DNA of 64,000 nucleotides, taken from NCBI GenBank assembly GCA_964012805.1, contig CAXGUD010000020.1, positions 1 through 64,000 on the forward strand, in the 5' to 3' direction. The notes under the pieces are model-generated. The model was given only the letters and a program-made list of their open reading frames with translations. It was not told where the DNA came from and made no database searches. The translations under genes and the position numbers were made by a program. Numbering within the stretch: position 1 is the first letter of the stretch; the number at the start of each line of letters is the position of its first letter. Positions 10,351-20,463 of this stretch are shown here, one piece after another. The DNA comes from an uncultured Bacteriovoracaceae bacterium. Its GTDB lineage: Bacteria; Bdellovibrionota; Bacteriovoracia; Bacteriovoracales; Bacteriovoracaceae.

Positions 10351-10722
10351 ATGGAAAAAAATCTAACTTGCCCTAATCATCCAAAAAATTCCAATTTACT
10401 TACGTGCTCTCTTTGTGAATGTGAGTTTTGTGAAGAATGTCTTCACGAAATTGATAGCTTGATTTGTTGCTCCCCCCATTACAAACAATACATTAAAGAA
10501 AAGTGGGTTCCAGCAAAAAAAATAATTTGCTCCAATGACGAAAACTCTGAAAGTCTTATTTTATTACAGAAAAAAAAAGAACTATGGGCTTTGAAAAATA
10601 TACCAACTTTTTTCACCCATAGTTATTCTGTATGTGAAGAAAATGGGAACCCTTTAAGTCACGTTACCTTTTTTTGTTTAAGCCACGACTTTAAAAGGGT
10701 CCGGTCTTTTATAGAGCAATAA
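10351..10722 (+). CDS. Small protein with N-terminal B-box-like Cys/His zinc-finger
   Basis: CPNHP...CSLCECEFCEEC...CCSPH pattern. Confidence 0.55.
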   Translation: MEKNLTCPNHPKNSNLLTCSLCECEFCEECLHEIDSLICCSPHYKQYIKEKWVPAKKIICSNDENSESLILLQKKKELWALKNIPTFFTHSYSVCEENGNPLSHVTFFCLSHDFKRVRSFIEQ

Positions 10723-10728
10723 AACTAC

Positions 10729-12273
10729 TTAATGCTGAGTTGCATTCTCATCCGTGTTTTTATCTTTTCTCATGAAGCTAGGTGTATCCAATTCATCTTC
10801 ATTGAAATTTATAAAACCAAGTTTTTCAGCAATACTTTTTCCTCTAGCAACATTTCCAGATTGCTTTTGAGTTTGAGTATTCTCATTACTCCTTTGAGTT
10901 TTTGAACCTTCCTCAGTTTCATAATTTTTTACACTTTTTTCCTCATTTACAGTAGCGTTGCTTCTTTTTGAATTTTCATAACGGTTAGCTGCTTCCTTTA
11001 TATTTTTAACTAAAGAAGACATCTGTGAGCTGCTTTCTTCATTTTCTTTTTCTTTGGCCTTATAAAAATGCTCTTTATTCAATTCCTTATCTTGAACAGT
11101 CTCTTCATTAATATTTGGCTCACTACTATTAACTCTCTCTAAGGTTTCATTCACTGAAGCTTCTAAATTTTCATAGAAGCCCCCTTCCTGATCAGGTGTA
11201 GTCTGCTGATAGTCATCTTCGGAAGAACTTTTTAGGCTTATTTCTTCTTTATGATTTTCAATGATTTCTCTCTTTTCAATAATTCTTCCAGCACTAACTC
11301 TATCCTGCCCTCCTAGCCCAGTTGCTATTACAGTCACTTTTATTTCATCTGTCATTTCTTCATCAATCACAGTCCCAAAAATTATTTCAGCGTCATCGTC
11401 TGCTGCTTCCATGATAAGTGTCACGGCTTCATTAGTTTCATGCATAGTAAGAGAATCATTACCAGTAATATTTATTATGATCCCTGTTGCACCATCTATT
11501 GAAATATCTTCTAACAAAGGAGAGCTTATAGCTTCTGTCGCTGCCTTTATTGAACGATCTGGTCCAGAGCAGACTCCTGTTCCCATAAGTGAAAGTCCCT
11601 TGTTGGCCATAACAGTACTTACATCTGCAAAGTCAGCATTAATATGACCAGTATTATTGATAAGGTCTGATATACCTCTTACAGCATTGAGAAGGACTTC
11701 ATCGGCTTTTTTAAATGTCTCTACTAATGAGAGGCTCTCACCAGCTATATAAAGCAGCCTTTGGTTTGGAATTGTAATAAGAGAATCTACATTATCTTCT
11801 AAAATTGAAATTCCAGACTCAGCTTGCTTAAATCTTTTCTTGCCCTCAAAAATAAAAGGCTTGGTAACAACGCCTACTGTTAGTGCACCTAATTCTTTTG
11901 CAAGCTTTGCAATAACGGGAGCAGCGCCTGTACCGGTTCCACCACCCATACCTGCAGTAATAAAAACCATATCTGAGCCTTCTAGTAGCTCACTTAACTT
12001 TTCATATTCATCAAGAGCAGCCTTTCTACCAACTTCAGGGTTAGCACCAGCACCAAGTCCCTTTGTTATCTCTCCACCTAGTTGAATTTTTGTAGGTGCA
12101 AGGCTTGCATTTAAAGCCTGGATATCTGTATTGGCTACAACATACTCGACACCAGAAAGACCAGATCGAATCATCGTATTAACGGCATTACACCCGCCAC
12201 CTCCGACACCAATAACCTTTATTCTTGCACACTGCTTAATTTCTTCCTCAAGACCATCTGAAATTTCAAACAT
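10729..12273 (-). CDS. ftsZ: Cell division protein FtsZ
   Basis: [19 protein letters not shown] and INADFAD motifs; C-terminal LDTPSFMR peptide; GGAGG SD before the ATG at 12273. Confidence 0.98.
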   Translation of the reverse strand: MFEISDGLEEEIKQCARIKVIGVGGGGCNAVNTMIRSGLSGVEYVVANTDIQALNASLAPTKIQLGGEITKGLGAGANPEVGRKAALDEYEKLSELLEGSDMVFITAGMGGGTGTGAAPVIAKLAKELGALTVGVVTKPFIFEGKKRFKQAESGISILEDNVDSLITIPNQRLLYIAGESLSLVETFKKADEVLLNAVRGISDLINNTGHINADFADVSTVMANKGLSLMGTGVCSGPDRSIKAATEAISSPLLEDISIDGATGIIINITGNDSLTMHETNEAVTLIMEAADDDAEIIFGTVIDEEMTDEIKVTVIATGLGGQDRVSAGRIIEKREIIENHKEEISLKSSSEDDYQQTTPDQEGGFYENLEASVNETLERVNSSEPNINEETVQDKELNKEHFYKAKEKENEESSSQMSSLVKNIKEAANRYENSKRSNATVNEEKSVKNYETEEGSKTQRSNENTQTQKQSGNVARGKSIAEKLGFINFNEDELDTPSFMRKDKNTDENATQH

Positions 12274-12296
12274 GATAACCTCCTCCACCAAGAGGG

Positions 12297-13541
12297 TTAA
12301 AAAATTTCCTTAAAGACAGATCGAAGAGACTCACTCAACCTACCGATCAAATCCTTTTGACCCCTTAGCCTATTATTTTCCAAAAAATTTTTATTTTTTT
12401 TATGATTTTCAAGAAGAAGCCCCAAAACCGTTGAAAACTTTGGACTATGCATTGTCCCAGTCATTCCTCCTAAAGGCAACGGATAACCTGTCTTCGTTGG
12501 CTTTTCTAAAATATATTCTCCCAAATCAGCTAAAGACCGAATTAGTGAACCTCCACCTGTGAGGACATAACCTCCCGTCACCTTATGGGATAAACCTCTT
12601 TCTTCAATAATTCCCTTGATAATACTAAAAAGCTCCTCAGCTCTTGCACCTAAAACTTCAGAGCAAAGCTGAAGCTTGACCTCTCTTGGCTTTGTCCCCG
12701 AAAGACCTTGTACTTTAATCACAGAGCTACTATTCACACCTTCAGGAAGGACACTTGTATGGTTTACTTTTATGTTTTCTGCCTCAGTATGAGGTATTTG
12801 AAGAGCCACTGCCAAGTCATTAGTAAAATGATTTCCACCAACAGGAATTATATGTGAATGGATTAAGCTACCATTTTTCCAAATAGCGAGGTCTGTAGTT
12901 CCTCCGCCTATATCCACTAACACAACCCCTAAATCTTTCTCCTCTTTAGTTAATACTGCTCTTGAAGAAGCAATCGGCTGTAGAGTAATTTGGGAAACGG
13001 ATATCCCTGTATGCTCAACGCATTTAACCAAGTTTTGAATTAAAGAAATAGAACCTGTTACTATATGAACTTGAGCTTCAAGCCTCACACCACACATACC
13101 AATAGGGTTTTTAATTCCCGCTGTGTTATCAACCTTATAAGACTGAGGAACCACGTGAAGAATTTCGCGATCAGATGGAATAACAACAGCCTTAGCTGCC
13201 TCAATGACACGCCGGACGTCAATTGCCTCAATCTCACGCCCCTTGATAGCAACAACACCTGAACTATTAAAGCTGTATATATGATTACCGGCTATACCAA
13301 TAGTGGCCTTGCTTATATTGACCCCAGACATGAGGCGTGCTTCCTCTACGGAGGACTTTATTGACTTTATAGTCTTATCAATGTTGACTACGGAACCTTT
13401 TTTCAAACCATGACTAGGGTGAGTTCCGACACCGATAATCTCTATATCACTATCTTTGGATTTTCCTGTTTGAAGGCCGACAACGGTACAAACTTTCGTT
13501 GTTCCTATATCTAATCCTACAATCACACTTTTATCGTTCAT
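12297..13541 (-). CDS. ftsA: Cell division protein FtsA
   Basis: [17 protein letters not shown] and LTGGG motifs; C-terminal amphipathic helix. Confidence 0.97.
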   Translation of the reverse strand: MNDKSVIVGLDIGTTKVCTVVGLQTGKSKDSDIEIIGVGTHPSHGLKKGSVVNIDKTIKSIKSSVEEARLMSGVNISKATIGIAGNHIYSFNSSGVVAIKGREIEAIDVRRVIEAAKAVVIPSDREILHVVPQSYKVDNTAGIKNPIGMCGVRLEAQVHIVTGSISLIQNLVKCVEHTGISVSQITLQPIASSRAVLTKEEKDLGVVLVDIGGGTTDLAIWKNGSLIHSHIIPVGGNHFTNDLAVALQIPHTEAENIKVNHTSVLPEGVNSSSVIKVQGLSGTKPREVKLQLCSEVLGARAEELFSIIKGIIEERGLSHKVTGGYVLTGGGSLIRSLADLGEYILEKPTKTGYPLPLGGMTGTMHSPKFSTVLGLLLENHKKNKNFLENNRLRGQKDLIGRLSESLRSVFKEIF

Positions 13542-13630
13542 GAGATTCCTTTCTCATTGCGACTATGGAACAACAGAGAGTACTTTAGGTTGTTTTGATA
13601 GCTTCTGATTAGTCTATCATAGGAAAAATA

Positions 13631-14398
13631 TTAAAATCTGTCATTGAACTTGACAACAACTTTTTTGGAATTTGTTAGATTAATTACTGATGGAGTTTTT
13701 TGTTTTGTTCTTAAAAACTTTAATATCTTTTGTAGCTTGAGGGCCTTTACGGTCCATTCATCATCTCCTAAAAAGGCACTCGAAGGGCTACCATCCAGAG
13801 AAAGAATAATTGTCAAATTGCCGTGATTACTCAAAATAACCTCAGATAATTTCTTTCTAAACTTTATTTCCATAGCTTTAATAATATTTACTAACTGATT
13901 TTGGGTTTTTTCGTTGGCTTTTTCAACGGGAATGGCCAGAGACGGTAAATCATATTGAAGCTTTTTGTCATTTTCCAAAATTTCTTCATAAGTCGGATCA
14001 AAAAGCTTACCATTATCAACTAAAAGAGCTTCATAAGATTCTTGCCCATTTCTTTTATAAATTTGAACCCTCATTAAGGGTATTGGACAGTCCAGTTTAA
14101 TGTCTAAAAACTTTTTAACAGGATTAAACTTAATTTCGTAGGAAGATATAAAGTGCTTTGAAACCAACTTTTCATCAATAATCTTCTTTTTTACATCACT
14201 CAGAAGACCTCTTCTTTCAAATTCCTTAACAAGCCCAAGAGTTAAAGAGCCTGCCACCCTAGAGGGACACTTTCCAAAAAAGGTTCTGTATTTTATTTTA
14301 TTTTTTTTCCAGTTATCAATTGATGCTTCAAGGGTACCTGTTAGAAAAAAAGGTATAAATGCTAATAAGATTTTAAAAAATAAATTTATGTTTATCAT
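13631..14398 (-). CDS. Divergent FtsQ-like protein
   Basis: Syntenic slot directly before ftsA; N-terminal hydrophobic segment; C-terminal VINLTNSKKVVVKF resembles the FtsQ terminal strands. Confidence 0.5.
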   Translation of the reverse strand: MININLFFKILLAFIPFFLTGTLEASIDNWKKNKIKYRTFFGKCPSRVAGSLTLGLVKEFERRGLLSDVKKKIIDEKLVSKHFISSYEIKFNPVKKFLDIKLDCPIPLMRVQIYKRNGQESYEALLVDNGKLFDPTYEEILENDKKLQYDLPSLAIPVEKANEKTQNQLVNIIKAMEIKFRKKLSEVILSNHGNLTIILSLDGSPSSAFLGDDEWTVKALKLQKILKFLRTKQKTPSVINLTNSKKVVVKFNDRF

Positions 14399-14402
14399 TA
14401 TC

Positions 14403-15332
14403 TCAAAATTTAACTTCAGTTTCAAAATCTATCCCAAACTGAAGCTTTAATTCTTCCTTAACAAAATTAATGGCCTTCACCATACTTGAATGGTCAGCCC
14501 CACCTCTATTTTCCATAAAGTTAGCATGTAATGGACTTACTCTCACTTGGTCCATTTGAAATCCTTTGAGTCCCATTATATCTATAAACTCTCCAGCCCG
14601 ACAAGTGGCTAATTTTTTTGAAGAGACTGGTCTTTCAGCATTTTTAAAAATGCATCCACAGGTTGAGGCCCAAAGAGGTTGAGACTCGTTCCTCTTTTTA
14701 AGATATTCCTTAATGAGGACTGGCACTGAAGAGTCTATTCCCCTATGAACAAGTGTGGCCTCATAAATAATATCTCCTTTATTAGTGAAATTATTCTTTC
14801 TATAAGAAAAATCCTCTTTCCCCAGTGAAATAACTCTTAAGTCCCCATCTTTTGAAATAACTTTAACTTCCTTGACGAGAGGACCTATTTCACCTAAACC
14901 CGTCCCTGCATTCATAAAAATAGCTCCTCCTAAAGTCGCAGGAATACCAGTAAAAACCTCCCAGCCCTTTAAACCATGTTTGGAAGCATGAGACGTCAAC
15001 TTACTTAAATGAATTGAAGCTGGTAAGCAATATTCATCTTTTACAGAATCAAGGGGATTAGAATCTAAAGAAAACTGTAACTTAACATAAGGGTTCGGAG
15101 AGTTTTCTAAAAGCATTTGGTTCGCACCAAAGCCTAATACATTATAACTTTCTTTAAATTTTTTGAAGAGATTGATCACAACCTTTAAAGCTTCGAAGTT
15201 TCTAACAAGAACAAGGTCTCCACTTGCTTTTAACTTAAGTGTTGAAAACTTTGATAGATCTTCATCTATTAAAACTTGGACGTTATCAACTTTTTCTAGT
15301 TCTAGTTGAAGGGTAGGATTATTCCCAATCAT
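14403..15332 (-). CDS. murB: UDP-N-acetylenolpyruvoylglucosamine reductase
   Basis: GIPATLGGAIFMNAG, FSYR, GCIFKN, HANF and ETEV motifs. Confidence 0.95.
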   Translation of the reverse strand: MIGNNPTLQLELEKVDNVQVLIDEDLSKFSTLKLKASGDLVLVRNFEALKVVINLFKKFKESYNVLGFGANQMLLENSPNPYVKLQFSLDSNPLDSVKDEYCLPASIHLSKLTSHASKHGLKGWEVFTGIPATLGGAIFMNAGTGLGEIGPLVKEVKVISKDGDLRVISLGKEDFSYRKNNFTNKGDIIYEATLVHRGIDSSVPVLIKEYLKKRNESQPLWASTCGCIFKNAERPVSSKKLATCRAGEFIDIMGLKGFQMDQVRVSPLHANFMENRGGADHSSMVKAINFVKEELKLQFGIDFETEVKF

Positions 15333-16730
15333 CTACTGCTCTCCTAGAGTATGAACAACATCCCTTATATTCTTACCAATCGAACCAGCTCCTAGCGAAA
15401 TGAGTGTTATACTCTTCTCTTGAGACGACTTCACAAGTTCCAAAATATCAGAATTGTTCTCAAGAACCTTTTTGCCTAAACCTGGGTGTAAATGGTTAAT
15501 ATCCGACACAAGTCTATCAGATGTAATTCCTTCTATTGAGTCTTCACTAGCTCCGTAGATAGGGCATAAATACAACTCATCTGCATAGTTAAAACAATGT
15601 AAAAAACGGTCCCAACAATCCCTGGTCCTTGTGTATCTATGAGGCTCAAAAATTGCTATAATTTTATTATTCGGTCTTGTTTCCTTAACTGCCTTTAGTG
15701 TCGTTGAAATTTCTGTAGGATGATGAGCATAATCATCAAGAATTTCAAATTCCTTATCCTTTAAAAGCTGCTGAAGCCTTCTACCAACTCCATTGAACTT
15801 TCTAATTGATCTTGCAATAAGAGGGAAGTCCACATCTAAATTATGGGCAAGAGCTATGGCCCCTAAAGAATTGAGAATATTGTGCCTTCCAGGTAAGGTC
15901 ATTTGAATTCTAACTTTATTCTCTCCCCTAAAATAAAGATCATAAGACGTTAAGCTGTCTGACGATATAGAAACATTTCTAGCTTCATAATCAAATAGAG
16001 ATCCTTCTTCACCAATACCAAAAGTTACACAAGGCTTTTTAAGATCTTTCCTTATCTCCATAAGCTTTTTATCGTGACCATTGAGCGCACAAATACCGTA
16101 AAAGGGTATCTTGTTTGCGAAACTTTTAAAAGATGCTAACAAGTTCTTCTCCGACTTATAGAAGTCCATGTGATCGTTATCAATATTTGTTATAATAGAC
16201 ATAACAGGGTTTAAAAGGAGAAAAGAACCATCGGATTCATCTGCTTCAGCGACCAAGAACTCACCACTTCCGATCTTTGCGTGCCCCTTAAGATTGTGAA
16301 CAATTCCGCCAATGATATAAGTTGGATCAAGGCGGCTCTCATGAAGAATTGTAGCCAGAAAGCTCGTTGTTGTTGTTTTCCCATGGGTTCCGGCAATGGC
16401 AATTCCTTTTTTAAGTCTCATAAGCTCAGCCAACATTTCGGCTCTTCTCATAAGAGGAATGCTTTTTTCTTTTGCATAAAGTATTTCTGGGTTTGTTGGA
16501 GAAATCGCTGAGCTAAAAACCACACTTGTAGCACCCTCAACATTTGACGCCCTATGACCCAAACAAATCTCGGCACCTAGGTTTTTTAGTTTTTCAACAG
16601 AAGAAGACGAGTTCATATCTGAACCTGAAACCTTATACCCCATCGAAAGTAAAACCTCGGCAATACCGCTCATTCCGATTCCACCAATACCAACAAAATG
16701 TACTTTTAGTTTATTTGAGACTTGAAACAA
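15333..16730 (-). CDS. murC: UDP-N-acetylmuramate--L-alanine ligase
   Basis: GIGGIGMSG, AGTHGKTTT, EADESD and DDYAHHPTE motifs. Confidence 0.97.
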   Translation of the reverse strand: MFQVSNKLKVHFVGIGGIGMSGIAEVLLSMGYKVSGSDMNSSSSVEKLKNLGAEICLGHRASNVEGATSVVFSSAISPTNPEILYAKEKSIPLMRRAEMLAELMRLKKGIAIAGTHGKTTTTSFLATILHESRLDPTYIIGGIVHNLKGHAKIGSGEFLVAEADESDGSFLLLNPVMSIITNIDNDHMDFYKSEKNLLASFKSFANKIPFYGICALNGHDKKLMEIRKDLKKPCVTFGIGEEGSLFDYEARNVSISSDSLTSYDLYFRGENKVRIQMTLPGRHNILNSLGAIALAHNLDVDFPLIARSIRKFNGVGRRLQQLLKDKEFEILDDYAHHPTEISTTLKAVKETRPNNKIIAIFEPHRYTRTRDCWDRFLHCFNYADELYLCPIYGASEDSIEGITSDRLVSDINHLHPGLGKKVLENNSDILELVKSSQEKSITLISLGAGSIGKNIRDVVHTLGEQ

Positions 16731-16753
16731 GAGATCCCCCGATAATATATAAT

Positions 16754-17875
16754 CTAAGTATCGATATATGAATGATCAGTTTTTTCATTCATTGCTGAAA
16801 AAAGAAGACCAATGCTAAAAAAGTTACACACGAGAGATGAACCTCCGTAACTAATAAACGGCAAGTTCAATCCTTTAGTCGGTAGTAGCCCTAAAACAAC
16901 TCCCATGTTAAGGACAGACTGGAGTCCTAGGGAAAAAATGATCGTAGAAGCCAAAATAAAAGCAAACCGACTATTAAGTCTCAGTGCAAATTTGTATCCA
17001 AGGTATATGAGACAAATGAACATGGCAATAATTAAGAAAACGCCCAGAAAACCTAGCTCTTCTCCAATAACGCTAAATATAAAATCATTATGAGCTTCAG
17101 GTAAATAAAATAATTTTTCATTTGAGTTTCCTAAGCCTTGACCAAAAAAAGAGCCATTTGCAAAAGCAAGGTAAGACTGAATGATTTGGAAGCCGCTTGT
17201 TTTTGGGTTTTTCCATGGATCGAGAAATGTTAGGAGCCTTTTGATACGGTAAGCCTTAAGGAAAAAAGTTGCGAATCCAAAAACTAATCCACTCATTAAG
17301 ATTCCATAAAAGTATTTTCTAGGAAAGCGGCTCAAAAAGCAGATAAAGCCAATAACCAGAAAACATATTGTAAAACTTCCAAAATCTGGCTGCTTTATCA
17401 AAACAGTTAAAGGGATAATCATTCCAAAGGCTCCAAAGCATTTTTGCTTGAGCGAGTAGTGAGAGAAGTTTTCGAAGTAGGGGATAGCAAGCACCATCAA
17501 GCTAAATTTTATAGCTTCGCTTGGCTGGATACCCACGGGACCAATCTCTACCCAACGCGAAGCACCTTTAACAGATTTTCCTACGCCAGGAATAATTGAA
17601 GAAATTAACAAAATTGTGCATAGCAAATTAATATAAAGGCCATATTTCATCCAAAAGCTAAATTTCGTTTTGCTAACAAGAAAAGCAACAGACAGCCCGA
17701 TCATAAAGTAAGCCAACTGCCGGAGAAAAAAATATGCTGAGCTGCCATAAACATCTTTGGCATAAATATAGCTAGAGGAATAGACCATTATTAAGCCAAT
17801 AGAGCTCAAAATAAGTAAAACAAAAATAATTTGAAGGCCGATACGTTCGAGGTCCGTCTGATCTTGCGAGAACAC
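16754..17875 (-). CDS. ftsW: SEDS peptidoglycan polymerase FtsW
   Basis: MVYSSS, QPSE..K, QPDFG, LPEAHNDF and LPTKGLNLPFISYGGS motifs. Confidence 0.96.
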   Translation of the reverse strand: MFSQDQTDLERIGLQIIFVLLILSSIGLIMVYSSSYIYAKDVYGSSAYFFLRQLAYFMIGLSVAFLVSKTKFSFWMKYGLYINLLCTILLISSIIPGVGKSVKGASRWVEIGPVGIQPSEAIKFSLMVLAIPYFENFSHYSLKQKCFGAFGMIIPLTVLIKQPDFGSFTICFLVIGFICFLSRFPRKYFYGILMSGLVFGFATFFLKAYRIKRLLTFLDPWKNPKTSGFQIIQSYLAFANGSFFGQGLGNSNEKLFYLPEAHNDFIFSVIGEELGFLGVFLIIAMFICLIYLGYKFALRLNSRFAFILASTIIFSLGLQSVLNMGVVLGLLPTKGLNLPFISYGGSSLVCNFFSIGLLFSAMNEKTDHSYIDT

Positions 17876-17932
17876 AATCTTACCCTCCTCATCCTTAAGG
17901 CATTAGGCAAAAATAAAAGGAGGTGACCCCTC

Positions 17933-19315
17933 CTATAACTGATAAACTAGCTTCTTAAAATAATTTCCTCTTTCTTCGTAATCCCTAAAGAAATCAGTAC
18001 TAGCGTTACCCGGAGAAAGAAGAATAATATCCCCTGTTCTCGACTTTTGATAGGCAAATAGAATGGATTCTTCAAAGGAGCCAACTATGTAAGTTTGAGA
18101 ATGACCTCCAAGGACTCTATTCATTCTTTCTTTACACTCTCCAACTAGCACCATTACCCTGACATTTTTAATCATTTCATTAGCATATGGCTCATAGTCT
18201 ATTTCTTCATTATCCTTTCCACCCGCTATTAGTATAACCTGTGCTTTAAAAGAGCTAATACTCTTTAAAAGCTCCTCCATAGACTCCGCCTTGGAGTCGT
18301 TGTAAAAACTTACACCGTTCTTCTCCATGAGAAATTCAAGCCTATGAGGTATTCCAGGAAAGCGTTCGATAGTAGTTTGGATAGCCTTATCAGAAACTTT
18401 GAGTGCCTTACATGCAGTAATAGCTGCAAGCAAGTTTTCTCTATTTCGTTGTCCTACAATACGCATCTTAGAGACAACAAAATCTGAATGATAGTTTATA
18501 TTACAATTAATTCTTCTTTCATGAAAATGAGTTCCCTGTATCTCATTCATAATACCAAGCTTCGCAAAAGACCGCCTTGAATACCAATACTTTTGACACG
18601 AAGCATTTCTAAAAAAGCTGTTATTACCGAGGGCATCAAAATTTATAACAAGCATATCATCGGGAGATAGACTCTTGATTATGCTTAACTTTGTTTCAAT
18701 AAACTCACCGGCTGATTTAAAGTGACCTTCGGAGTACTCCTCCCCAATGTTGGTAAAAATCACCATTTTTGGGTGAAAGTTGCTTAAGCCTTTCATTTGA
18801 ACGGCTGAAACTTCAATAATAGCGTAATCAATATCATCCAAGTTAGGTTGCATGGCCAACTCAATAAAAGGGCTGTCACTTGTGCCACCAACAAAGACAT
18901 TCTTCCCCTCTAGCTTAAGAGTGAAGCCCACCATATGAGCAACTGTCGTTCTCCCTTGAGAGCCACAAACAGCTATTACCGGCTTTCTACATAAAAGGTT
19001 TCCAAGAGCAAACTCACTGAAAACATCCTTCCCAGACTTTCTTGCACCCTCAAGTTGGGGCAAGGTCGGGTCAACGCCAGAAGAATAAACAACAACATCA
19101 GCTTCAAGAAAATCTTCCATCCGATGCTCCCCAAAAGTCATTTCAGGTGTCGGATTTACTTTTCTTAACTTCTTTACAGATTTATTTAGATCGAAGATTG
19201 GCCTGATATCAGTTACCCTAATGTGACAATCTAAGTTATTAAAAAACTTTATGAGGGTAAATCCTGTTTTGCCTATACCAACAATAAGGACTTTTTTATT
19301 TCTAAAACGTTCCAC
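17933..19315 (-). CDS. murD: MurD-like Mur ligase with non-canonical ATP-binding motifs
   Basis: Lies between mraY and ftsW; GIGKTG, PHRLE, NDSKA, GGKD and LSPG.AS.D.F..YEERG motifs; P-loop altered to GSQGRT. Confidence 0.85.
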   Translation of the reverse strand: MERFRNKKVLIVGIGKTGFTLIKFFNNLDCHIRVTDIRPIFDLNKSVKKLRKVNPTPEMTFGEHRMEDFLEADVVVYSSGVDPTLPQLEGARKSGKDVFSEFALGNLLCRKPVIAVCGSQGRTTVAHMVGFTLKLEGKNVFVGGTSDSPFIELAMQPNLDDIDYAIIEVSAVQMKGLSNFHPKMVIFTNIGEEYSEGHFKSAGEFIETKLSIIKSLSPDDMLVINFDALGNNSFFRNASCQKYWYSRRSFAKLGIMNEIQGTHFHERRINCNINYHSDFVVSKMRIVGQRNRENLLAAITACKALKVSDKAIQTTIERFPGIPHRLEFLMEKNGVSFYNDSKAESMEELLKSISSFKAQVILIAGGKDNEEIDYEPYANEMIKNVRVMVLVGECKERMNRVLGGHSQTYIVGSFEESILFAYQKSRTGDIILLSPGNASTDFFRDYEERGNYFKKLVYQL

Positions 19316-19337
19316 GAACCCAATCTCCTTAAAAACC

Positions 19338-20414
19338 TTAACGTATTTTTAGTGTCGCAACAGAAAGAATGGCCAAAAATATACTTATTATCCAAAACCT
19401 AACAATAACCTTTGGCTCAGGCCACCCTTTTAACTCAAAATGATGATGAATAGGTGCCATTTTAAAAACTCTTTTTTTTCTAGTTTTAAATGAAAAAACC
19501 TGAATAATTACAGAAAGTGTCTCAACAACAAAAACACCCCCTATCAAAATAAACAAAATCTCATTCTTAGTAAGTACAGCTATTATCCCAAGAATACCCC
19601 CTAAGGATAAAGAACCTACATCACCCATGAAAATCTGAGCTGGATATGAGTTATACCATAAAAAGCCTACTCCAGCACCTATAATCGCTGCAGCAATCAC
19701 AGTTAATTCACCTACATTTTCAACATAAGGAATATAGAGGTATGAAGCAATTTCTCTATGCCCAGCAACATATGCTAATATCCCCAAAGAAGCTGCACTC
19801 GTAATAATTGGACCGATAGCAAGACCATCTAAACCGTCTGTTAAATTAACAGCGTTACTACAAGCGACAACAACAACTCCCGCAAAGAGAGGGTAAAGAA
19901 AACCCATATCTAAAAGCGGCCCTTTTACAAAAGGAACATAAAGCTTTGTATCAATCACGTTGCTATAAACAAGACAATAAGCAGCAATCAAAGCCGTCAC
20001 AAACTGCCAAACTAACTTGCCTCTTGCAGAAATTCCGTCCGTGTTCTTTTTTAAAACTTTAAAATAATCGTCAAAAAAACCTAAAACAAAGTAAGAGATC
20101 ATAACCCCAAAAGTAGTTATCAGGGGTATAGAAAGAAAGTTACCGCAAAGAAAAAGAGCAATTAAGATGCTGCCAATGATAACCACGCCACCCATAGTAG
20201 GCGTGCCTGCCTTTTTAAAGTGGGACTCTGGTCCATCGTCTCTTATGACCTGACCAAACTGTTTCTTTTTCATGAATAATATGAATCTCTTTCCCCACAA
20301 AATCGATATCAATGCTGCTAATAAAAAAGCAAGCAATGATCGAAAGGTTATATAACGAAAGATATTAAAAAGTGATAAGTCTATATTTAATGGGTAAAGA
20401 AAATGATAAAGCAT
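19338..20414 (-). CDS. mraY: Phospho-N-acetylmuramoyl-pentapeptide transferase
   Basis: KAGTPTMGG, GFFDD, NAVNLTDGLDGL, FMGDVGS and MAPIHHHFE motifs. Confidence 0.98.
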   Translation of the reverse strand: MLYHFLYPLNIDLSLFNIFRYITFRSLLAFLLAALISILWGKRFILFMKKKQFGQVIRDDGPESHFKKAGTPTMGGVVIIGSILIALFLCGNFLSIPLITTFGVMISYFVLGFFDDYFKVLKKNTDGISARGKLVWQFVTALIAAYCLVYSNVIDTKLYVPFVKGPLLDMGFLYPLFAGVVVVACSNAVNLTDGLDGLAIGPIITSAASLGILAYVAGHREIASYLYIPYVENVGELTVIAAAIIGAGVGFLWYNSYPAQIFMGDVGSLSLGGILGIIAVLTKNEILFILIGGVFVVETLSVIIQVFSFKTRKKRVFKMAPIHHHFELKGWPEPKVIVRFWIISIFLAILSVATLKIR

Positions 20415-20463
20415 AGGCTAGTTTTCCAAAAATGAAGCATTGATAAATTTGTTGGAAAGAAAC

